Assembly (NCBI GenBank): GCA_039928555.1
Contig: JBDSSX010000248.1
Coordinates: 1-43,673 of the forward strand
From: Nitrosospira sp.
GTDB taxonomy: Bacteria; Pseudomonadota; Gammaproteobacteria; Burkholderiales; Nitrosomonadaceae
Direction of reading: 5' to 3'
Length of the DNA: 43,673 nt
Shown here: piece after piece, positions 1 to 7,027 of the stretch
How positions within the stretch are numbered: position 1 is the stretch's first letter
How the letters are laid out: each line of letters begins with the position of its first letter
Notes under the pieces: generated by a model
The model's database searches: none
Told to the model about the DNA's origin: nothing
Seen by the model: only the letters and a program-made list of their open reading frames with translations
Translations under genes and position numbers: made by a program

Positions 1-614
1 ACGACATTGACTATGCCCCCCGATGCACCGCTACCATAGAGCAGCGTTGCCGGACCTCGCAGGATTTCGATCTGGGACGCATTGAGCGACTCGACGGTTA
101 CCGCATGATCCGGGCTGATGGCCGAGAGGTCGAGCGTACCAATTCCGTTATCGAGCACTCGAATGCGCGGACCATCCAGGCCGCGAATAATCGGACGGCC
201 CGCAGCCGGTCCGAAGGAGCTGGACGCCACACCCAACTCGCGAGAAAGGGTATCGCCCAGACTCGCCTCCCTCTTGCGGCGCAGATCTTCGCCTTTCAAT
301 ACTGAAGCAGGCTGAGCCATATCAAGCTCGCTACGATTCTCGAATGGCGTGCTGGTCACTACGACTGGCGGCAATACGCTATCCTTGCCGGCATCCTGAG
401 CTTGAACGGACGCTACGCCGAATACAGTGAGCATGATGATGGCTGATCCGAAGAATCTCTGAGCAAGTCCTCCTCGCCTCTCGGACGCCCCACCCCGCAA
501 AGCCGCCGTCACGCCCCCGGCTGGCAGAATCGGAGACTTGTTCAGAGACCCGCTGAATACTTCGCTCATGCGTGGTGAAAGTGCGCCCGATACACTACAA
601 CTTGAATAATTCAT
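1..614 (-). CDS. TonB-dependent receptor, ZnuD-like (5' part; runs off the window)
   Basis: Not in the ORF track. Manual minus-strand translation gives ...SAIIMLTVFGVASVQAQDAGKDSVLPPVVVTSTPFENRSELDMAQPASVLKGEDLRRKREASLGDTLSRELGVASSSFGPAAGRPIIRGLDGPRIRVLDNGIGTLDLSAISPDHAVTVESLNASQIEILRGPATLLYGSGASGGIVNV: signal peptide, TonB box (PVVVT) and plug domain with the ZnuD-type SPDHAV motif. Start uncertain (in-frame ATGs at 614 and 569; upstream in-frame stop at 717-719). Confidence 0.9.
   Translation of the reverse strand, partial: MNYSSCSVSGALSPRMSEVFSGSLNKSPILPAGGVTAALRGGASERRGGLAQRFFGSAIIMLTVFGVASVQAQDAGKDSVLPPVVVTSTPFENRSELDMAQPASVLKGEDLRRKREASLGDTLSRELGVASSSFGPAAGRPIIRGLDGPRIRVLDNGIGTLDLSAISPDHAVTVESLNASQIEILRGPATLLYGSGASGGIVNV
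452..551. repeat. ~100-bp inverted-repeat element (possible IS5-family-derived MITE) inside the 5' end of the receptor ORF
   Basis: TCTCTGAGCAAGTC (456-469) and GACTTGTTCAGAGA (535-548) form a 13/14 inverted repeat. Resembles IS5-subgroup ends (..TCTGAACAAGTC) from recall. No clear target-site duplication. Confidence 0.5.
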
Positions 615-650
615 ACCAACTTCTGGAATAGATGGAAGTAGGCGAGTGCT

Positions 651-667
651 ACGCAACCGAGTTGCAT
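651..667. promoter_or_regulatory. Putative Zur operator upstream of the TonB-dependent receptor
   Basis: ACGCAACCGAGTTGCAT contains the palindrome GCAAC-N3-GTTGC. A second copy lies upstream of the zur-like gene. Resembles the betaproteobacterial Zur box TGCAACnnnGTTGCA. Confidence 0.7.
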
Positions 668-782
668 TACTGCGCCAGCCTTCCGCCGCCAACTGTTTTT
701 GTGGCCGGATACAGCCCTAATCGATTGGTAAACGTCAAATGACGGATACCGGCCAGGGCTGTTCGATTAAGAAACGGAAGGA

Positions 783-1118
783 CTACGCTCCTGGAGGAGC
801 GCGCGTGAGGTAGGAGGATGAAAAATTAACGGGGGGATGAGCGGATTTCAAGCGCGGCGGAAGCTGCCGCGTTATTTGATCCAGAAAGAAGAAGGTCAGG
901 ATAAGAAGGATAATGCTAAAAGCCGATAAAGCCAGGCAGTCCAGACAAATTTGGTCGGAGTCGGAGTCGGAGTCAGAGTCGGTTTCGTTTTGCCCGTGAT
1001 CGCCCGCTTGAACCGCGCCGATGACATCGACGTGCGTAAGCGCATGCGTCGCCTGAAAGACCGGGACGAACGAAAACACCAATACCAGAAATAAGAATAA
1101 TCCTTTACGCGATACCAT
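783..1118 (-). CDS. DUF2946/CruR-like small membrane protein, putative RAPP ribosome-arrest leader peptide
   Basis: 111 aa: N-terminal hydrophobic segment, HALTH, acidic DS linker, CLDC, second hydrophobic segment, C-terminal RAPPGA. Lies directly upstream of a TonB-dependent receptor in the same orientation. Confidence 0.75.
   Translation of the reverse strand: MVSRKGLFLFLVLVFSFVPVFQATHALTHVDVIGAVQAGDHGQNETDSDSDSDSDQICLDCLALSAFSIILLILTFFFLDQITRQLPPRLKSAHPPVNFSSSYLTRAPPGA
954..983. repeat. Hexanucleotide tandem repeat (GTCGGA)x~5 encoding the TDSDSDSDSD linker
   Basis: GTCGGA GTCGGA GTCGGA GTCAGA GTCGGT read directly from the sequence. Confidence 0.85.
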
Positions 1119-1178
1119 GGAACCTTACTCTCCCAATATCGGTATATCGGTATCGCATTTTATGAATTGGATATTCTG

Positions 1179-1601
1179 TCATGCGCATTCGGCACATAAA
1201 CCCTTGACTATCAACTCGACTGCCTGAGACCGGTAGCCGGCCGGCAACGGAGCGTCATACCCGGCCTTCAGGTCATCAAGGCAAATCACCCTGGTACAAC
1301 GGGTACATTTAAAATGCGCATGCTGATGTGAATGCGCATCGAAATTTGCACGAAAACGCCATACTCGATCATCACTCGCCACCCTATGCACAAAACATCT
1401 CTTGTTCAGCCATTCAAGCACACGATAGAGCGTGACACGGTCCAACCGTTGCTCACCGCTCAGGCGCTGTTCAATTTCGTGGTGCGTAACGGCGCGCTGT
1501 TCCGCCAACAAAATGGCAAGGATTTGAACTCTGCCCGAGGTTGCCCGATCACCGGTACGCCGGATCATCGTTTCCGCCTGTTCCTTAAAATTGATAGGCA
1601 T
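1179..1601 (-). CDS. zur: Fur-family transcriptional regulator, probably Zur
   Basis: RATSGRVQIL, DRVTLYRVLEWL helix, HQHAHFKCTRC and GLCAEC structural-Zn motifs. Context next to a ZnuD-like receptor. Start placed at ATG 1601 (140 aa) instead of the 207-aa ORF call. Confidence 0.8.
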   Translation of the reverse strand: MPINFKEQAETMIRRTGDRATSGRVQILAILLAEQRAVTHHEIEQRLSGEQRLDRVTLYRVLEWLNKRCFVHRVASDDRVWRFRANFDAHSHQHAHFKCTRCTRVICLDDLKAGYDAPLPAGYRSQAVELIVKGLCAECA

Positions 1602-1612
1602 AAGAGATGTTA

Positions 1613-1660
1613 TTGCAACAAAGTTGCGTTTACTATAAACGGATAACTGCGTAAGCGCAA
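1613..1660 (-). promoter_or_regulatory. Putative sigma70 promoter of zur with an overlapping autoregulatory operator
   Basis: Minus strand: TTGCGC (1660-1655), 17 bp, TATAGT (1637-1632), followed immediately by TTGCAACAAAGTTGCGT (1613-1629; GCAAC-N3-GTTGC) over the expected start site. Confidence 0.65.
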
Positions 1661-1986
1661 TATTAGCTGGATTGTTCTCCCCGGAAAATAAGGAGCTTGG
1701 TTCGGAATCTGCATACAGGAAACCATCTGCGCCATAATTTCGGATACCTGTATGGTTCATATCTATCGTGACGATGCTTGGCGCGATAATCAGGACATCC
1801 ACAGCATAGGCCGCTACGGAAATTGCGGCTCGCGCGTCTCACTAAAGCTTGTGTGTCTCACTAAACCATAATTCCATGGTCAAATCGAATCGTATTCTTT
1901 TTTTTCGGTTGGCCGCTGCACTCGCCGAAGTTACATTTGGCTTATTGAGTACGTTCGCCGGTACAACTTTTATTCGATAAAAACAA

Positions 1987-4119
1987 ATGCGCATTCTGTC
2001 AATTATTGCAGTACTGATTGCTTATGGGTCACTATATCCCGGCAATTTTTCAGAGTCAGACGCGGGCGCTATGAAGAAATTCTTTACGGATTGGCGCGTT
2101 GTCACTTCTCGGGGAGATATGCTGGGTAATCTGGTGCTTTTTTTCCCACTCGGAATGGCGGGCATATTATTGGCCCCACACAGCCGAAATGCCACGATTC
2201 GTGCCACGTGTTTGCTTTTGCTGGCGTTCGTTTTCTCATTTGTCCTTCAGTTAGCTCAGGTTTGGCTGCCCTCCCGCTCCGCGGCACTGGCAGACGTGAT
2301 ATGGAATATGGCGGGTATGACGCTGGGGTTGGCTATAGCATATCTTATAAAGAAATATGCACCCAGAAGGGTTCGCTCATTTGATTCCCCGTCGCTTGCA
2401 GCCCTTTCGGTATTGGGGTTGTGGCTGCTCATGGAGTTATTGCCGCTGGTTCCATCTCTCGACTGGCAAAAGTTCAAGGATGCACTAAAGCCGCTTTTTC
2501 TGGACTATACCTTGTCGTTCCCGGTAGCAATGATGCATGCGGCTGGAGTATTTATTGCCGGCAGCGCTTTTGTGGCGTTGGGACGACAGCCAGCTGCGTG
2601 GCTGGCGAGCGCACTCATAATAGTCTTGGCAGGGAAGGTTGTTATCGTCAGTTTGACACTGGACGCATCGCTTCTCATCGGGTCGCTGGCAGGATATGCG
2701 GGTTGCCTGATTGTATGGCGCCTCGCTGGCACAATACTCTTCGAAGCGGCATTCTGGCTGCTGTTAATCGCCTGGAGCATTGTCGCGATAACGCCTTTTT
2801 CTCTCACTTCGAGTGGAACCTTCAACGGGATCCCTTTCGCGACCATGCTCCAGGGATCCATGGAAACCGGTGCTCGGGGACTGGCCCAGTCGTTGTTTAT
2901 TTACACGGCTTTGTTATGGCTTTTGCAAAGGACCGGCATGGGCATCGCGAAAGCGACGGTGGGGCTGGCAATATGGTCATGCTTGATCGAGCTGATACAA
3001 ATGGGCTTGCTGGGCCGCACAGCGGATGTCACAGAACCAATTCTGTTATTGCTGGCTGGCTGGACATTGTCGGTTCTGCAAAAACACGGAATACCCGTCA
3101 GACAGGAGAAAGAAACGCCGATATCGCGGCCATACCCTTTAGTGACGGTCCACACAGAACTGAGCGGGAGATGCACACTTGCTTCGCTGGCGATCGGGAT
3201 TGGGATATGTGTGGCGATTGTCTGGTTGATAACACGGTCACCCTTGGTGCCCTATAACGTTCGCGAACTGATGTACGAGGGCCATCCCTTTCGATCGCTG
3301 GTACTGCTTACGACCCTGTTGTACTGGGCAATAGGTTTTCCTATATTGATTGTGCAATGGCTGGCGCGGGGGGGGCTGTATCTGCTCAGCTTCCCGCCCC
3401 TGGTATTGCTGCATGGGTTGATCGCATGGATGCTACTGTGGTCCGCGGTACCAAGTGAGAGCCTTCACGACATTGTTGGATCTCCTGTTTTGGCCTGGCC
3501 CGGGAAATGGGAATTGCTCGGCCGTTTTCTGGCATTGTTCAGCCTCTGGAGTGTTGCGGCAACGGCAGGCGCCGTTATCGCCGCGTGGCGTTTCCTTCCT
3601 GGTGTCAATGGCGCTAAATCAGCGCTGTTGGGATGGGCGATTGGCGCCTGCCTGTTTGTACCAACATCATATTACGTCGTAGTCGCGGCAGCCTCCACGG
3701 ACAACCTGGTCGAATTGATTGACGGCAATGGCAGCGTAGGCGCATTTTTGCTGATCGGCCTGGCGATGGCGGGAATTTCGTTTGGCGGGACAAAGGCCAC
3801 GCTGGCGTTGATTCCCGGGGTGGTGCGGCGGACAAGAGCGGCCACATGGGTGCTTGGTTCCGGCGTTCTGGCCTATTTGGCAATTTATTTCGGCACGGAA
3901 CAGGTAATTGTCAAATACAACCAGGTGTTTTCCGCATTGCAATTCCTGCTGAGTAGCGATCGCGCGCATCTGGCCGGGCCGGGCGAGCTGGCGGTTCGAT
4001 ACATCGCGCTATGGGGCTTTCTCATCATAGCCATCGTAATGGTGCAATATCCGCTATGGCGTTGGGCCATATCGGAATCGCCGCAGCCGGGCAAGCACGT
4101 AGGCGAACGTTTGTCATAA
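1987..4119 (+). CDS. VanZ-like family multi-pass membrane protein (710 aa)
   Basis: N-terminal VanZ-like motifs (YGSLYP, DMLGNLVLFFPLG, QVWLPSRSAALADVIWN). A second VanZ-like unit (FNGIPF...IELIQMGLLGRTADVTE). Many TM helices. Confidence 0.75.
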   Translation: MRILSIIAVLIAYGSLYPGNFSESDAGAMKKFFTDWRVVTSRGDMLGNLVLFFPLGMAGILLAPHSRNATIRATCLLLLAFVFSFVLQLAQVWLPSRSAALADVIWNMAGMTLGLAIAYLIKKYAPRRVRSFDSPSLAALSVLGLWLLMELLPLVPSLDWQKFKDALKPLFLDYTLSFPVAMMHAAGVFIAGSAFVALGRQPAAWLASALIIVLAGKVVIVSLTLDASLLIGSLAGYAGCLIVWRLAGTILFEAAFWLLLIAWSIVAITPFSLTSSGTFNGIPFATMLQGSMETGARGLAQSLFIYTALLWLLQRTGMGIAKATVGLAIWSCLIELIQMGLLGRTADVTEPILLLLAGWTLSVLQKHGIPVRQEKETPISRPYPLVTVHTELSGRCTLASLAIGIGICVAIVWLITRSPLVPYNVRELMYEGHPFRSLVLLTTLLYWAIGFPILIVQWLARGGLYLLSFPPLVLLHGLIAWMLLWSAVPSESLHDIVGSPVLAWPGKWELLGRFLALFSLWSVAATAGAVIAAWRFLPGVNGAKSALLGWAIGACLFVPTSYYVVVAAASTDNLVELIDGNGSVGAFLLIGLAMAGISFGGTKATLALIPGVVRRTRAATWVLGSGVLAYLAIYFGTEQVIVKYNQVFSALQFLLSSDRAHLAGPGELAVRYIALWGFLIIAIVMVQYPLWRWAISESPQPGKHVGERLS

Positions 4120-4457
4120 TCTGTAGCTCATACGATAAGCACTGGCGACTTACAGAAAACGAACCCGCACTCATTGATCCAGCTAACCCGGATGTTTCAT
4201 AAATTAACGCGCGCCCTCCCTGGTCTGTTGTTTTGTAGGGAAATTTGAAGTTTCATGCAGCATATTTTACGCGGTGATCCTGGAAGTATTTTCTGACACG
4301 TTCAGGTGATTGTGTCACTGCAATCGGCGGACCGTATTATCTCATCAGAAACCCTGTGGCAATCGAAGGATGAGAAATACAGGCTAGCGGAATACTAGTT
4401 AATCAAAGCTCTAAATCAATCGTCGCTTATCCGGCTCAGGGACTTACTCTTCAGTGC

Positions 4458-5024
4458 CTAAGAAAACATTCTCATTAATTTTAGCCTGAAAGGCTTCTTT
4501 CGATCGAGAAGGTAAATCTCAAATACCGTTGCCACGCGTCTCCAACCAGCTCGCTCAAACACGTGCAAGGACGGCTTATTTGACCACCAGATGCGTGCAT
4601 ACATATACCTGAAGCCGCGTCGAGACATATCTTTTGTAGCAAATTTAATAAGATTGCTGGCGATACCGCGCCCACGCATTTCTGGGAGAACGATTAACTG
4701 CACTAGCTTGGCTTCTTTATCTGCCAGAGGCCAGAAATTCCGCTGACGATAACGCTCACCGTACCAGAAAAAACATAAGGCAATAACCCGGGAGCCATCC
4801 ATGCACGCATAAGCGTGGGAACCATCCCCGAAATACCACGCCTGTTGAACAATTAGTTCATCCTCGGAATTGTTAATTTCGTTTCTCTCCACAGGCACGA
4901 GGCGAAATCCTGTGGCTAATGATGTTGCAATCTCACTTGTGCAATTACGTCCATAGATATAATAAAAGGAATATTCTCCAAATAAGAGCCGAAGCAATCT
5001 CTTGATGAAATTCGTCATGCGCAC
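4458..5024 (-). CDS. GNAT family N-acetyltransferase
   Basis: Motif A VLPEMRGRGIA and motif B NKPSLHVFERAGW. Confidence 0.85.
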   Translation of the reverse strand: MRMTNFIKRLLRLLFGEYSFYYIYGRNCTSEIATSLATGFRLVPVERNEINNSEDELIVQQAWYFGDGSHAYACMDGSRVIALCFFWYGERYRQRNFWPLADKEAKLVQLIVLPEMRGRGIASNLIKFATKDMSRRGFRYMYARIWWSNKPSLHVFERAGWRRVATVFEIYLLDRKKPFRLKLMRMFS

Positions 5025-5031
5025 AAAAAAA

Positions 5032-5973
5032 TCAGATTCCGAACCGCATCATTTTTTTGACTTTCGACTTAAGCCCGAGCTGATCCAGCTTATCGCCCAC
5101 CAGCTTACTGAAGTAATCCACAGCTCGTTGACTATGCAGCAGGAACTTATTGCGCAGATTGCTACGCAGGAAAAAAACATTTGCGCATTGAATACTGTGG
5201 GTGGCAAATAGCTTTTTATGCTCTGACTGTCCTTCAGTAAAATCAAAAAAACGAAAAGAACGCTCCTCGAACAGGTGCTCCAAGGCAAGCCACTGCAAAA
5301 TTGTGCCAACTGAAAAACTCATGTAGCCAGGGTCGTATCCCAGGTAAGCATAGATCAGGATTTCGTTGGAGATCGGGCAGTAGAGATACGAGACAGGCTG
5401 GTCCTGATAAAAAAGGATAAATCCACGAATAAGCCCCTGCTGAGCAAGCTGCTCCATTTCGCGGAGAAACTCCTCTGAATCGGGCAACCCCGCATCAAGC
5501 AGCTTTTCCTGATAGGTTATCCGAGAAACAACGCGAGCAAGTCGAAAGAACTCCGGCATTTCTCCGGCTGACTTGTAAACTTTCCAGGAGATGTCACCAC
5601 CGCAATATTCAGCGTATTTTCTGATTTTACGATTGAGGGTTGAACGCGTCTTGGAGGAAAATTTGCTCTTGTACTCTGCGAATGACTGACGCATATCAAT
5701 ATAATACCGATGGTGCTGGGAAGATACGTAGCAAAGGTAATTTCCCCCCCTTCGAAGTATGGGCTGCTTGCCAATGACACGTAGCGATCGTATCAAAAAA
5801 CCTTGACTATTGACTTGAAGAACATCGACTGGTGGTGCCGGCTCTGTCACCGCCGGGGTTTCGTCGTCAAGCCCCACCTCCCGCACTTGTAACCATAATC
5901 GAGAGGCAAGCAACGTTTTGTCCCCAAGTTGAAGCTTTATGGGTACTTGGCGGCAATGCCATATTTGCTTCAA
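5032..5973 (-). CDS. GNAT family protein, CelD/BcsL (Acetyltransf_6)-like
   Basis: FAEYKSKFSSKTRSTLNRKIRK, LGYDPGYMSFSVGTIL and FDFTEGQSEHKKLF are typical of this FemAB-like GNAT family. Confidence 0.8.
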   Translation of the reverse strand: MKQIWHCRQVPIKLQLGDKTLLASRLWLQVREVGLDDETPAVTEPAPPVDVLQVNSQGFLIRSLRVIGKQPILRRGGNYLCYVSSQHHRYYIDMRQSFAEYKSKFSSKTRSTLNRKIRKYAEYCGGDISWKVYKSAGEMPEFFRLARVVSRITYQEKLLDAGLPDSEEFLREMEQLAQQGLIRGFILFYQDQPVSYLYCPISNEILIYAYLGYDPGYMSFSVGTILQWLALEHLFEERSFRFFDFTEGQSEHKKLFATHSIQCANVFFLRSNLRNKFLLHSQRAVDYFSKLVGDKLDQLGLKSKVKKMMRFGI

Positions 5974-6932
5974 CGAAATCCCCGCCGCAAACCCTGTTCC
6001 AGCATCCTGAGTCCCGTTTTCCAGATCGGCGAGGTGAGGGGGGCGGGCTGCGAAAACACCAGGTCAGGAGTCAAGCCGTGAAATCCTCGCACGCGAAAGC
6101 AGTCCCGATTTCGATCCAGAAAAGTGCAGAGTTTGCGAAATCGGGTTACCACGATATCATCCGGCCGATTCATGCTGCCGTTAAGCAACTCGAAATTGTG
6201 AGAGAGGATAACGAAGGCTTTACGCCCCGATTCCATTGCTTGCCAGAGCAAGCCTTCCATCTCCCGATAAGAGCATGCGGTTACCTGTGCATGCCGCAAT
6301 GAACCGGTACCATTATGAAAAACCGTCATCGGATACTCGTATACGCCTTCACATTCAACCGGCTCTACAAGCACAATTTCTGGACTCACTTCGCTGTCCG
6401 GTCCAAACATACTGGCGTTGTAGCTGCTATCGAAAGCGATGTGATTCGTGGCAAGTGCCCGCAGCGTATCTCTGTTGAAACCGAAACTTCCCGCGCGAAA
6501 AGTGTTTACACTTTGACCACCGGCCAGTTCAATCAACTTTGCACCTGCCTGGATCAGAATCGTTTGTTCCTGTAAAGAAAAATAACGCAGGAACTGCTTC
6601 TTGCCGGTGATGTTGTCGAGTAGGGGTTCATTGGATTCATCGACCCATTCGGTATGCAGGTGAAGCTGTATTTCTTGACCTCTTTCTCCAACGAGGCCAA
6701 TGATCTCCGCCAATGGGTCCAGCCCAAAGCGGGTCGAGAAAAGAGATTCCACAAAAAATACGCCTGTTAGCCCATGCTCCTGTAATTGATGCAATTGATA
6801 CGGCAAGCCGTAATCGCCTCTCGATGTAGGGCCATAGATATATCGTTGAAACGCACTCGGAAACTCGGCGTCAATGTTGTCCCAACCATCACACCAAACC
6901 TCCACGTCGACGGTAAGAAATACGTCCATCAT
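5970..6932 (-). CDS. Polysaccharide deacetylase family (CE4/NodB-like) protein
   Basis: FLTVDVE, EIQLHLH, FRAGSF, DSS and LSHNFE motifs. Confidence 0.85.
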   Translation of the reverse strand: MMDVFLTVDVEVWCDGWDNIDAEFPSAFQRYIYGPTSRGDYGLPYQLHQLQEHGLTGVFFVESLFSTRFGLDPLAEIIGLVGERGQEIQLHLHTEWVDESNEPLLDNITGKKQFLRYFSLQEQTILIQAGAKLIELAGGQSVNTFRAGSFGFNRDTLRALATNHIAFDSSYNASMFGPDSEVSPEIVLVEPVECEGVYEYPMTVFHNGTGSLRHAQVTACSYREMEGLLWQAMESGRKAFVILSHNFELLNGSMNRPDDIVVTRFRKLCTFLDRNRDCFRVRGFHGLTPDLVFSQPAPLTSPIWKTGLRMLEQGLRRGFR

Positions 6933-7027
6933 CTTATTGCGAATTCCTGATCTATCGATTTGGATCTGTCATATACCCATAATTTCTGATGTGCTACACC
7001 AATGATACGTCTATCGGCCATATAGCG

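Noticed and set aside
105-315. Two short plus-strand ORFs
   Set aside because: Antisense to the TonB-dependent receptor plug domain.
1602-1802. 67-aa N-terminal extension of the Fur-family ORF (207-aa call)
   Set aside because: Fur homology begins at MPINF (1601), and the extension covers a good promoter and operator.
1808-1820. AGGCCGCTACGGA, a short match to the MITE arm (also a weak match near 4177-4193)
   Set aside because: Only ~12 bp with no flanking similarity, so it cannot be distinguished from chance.
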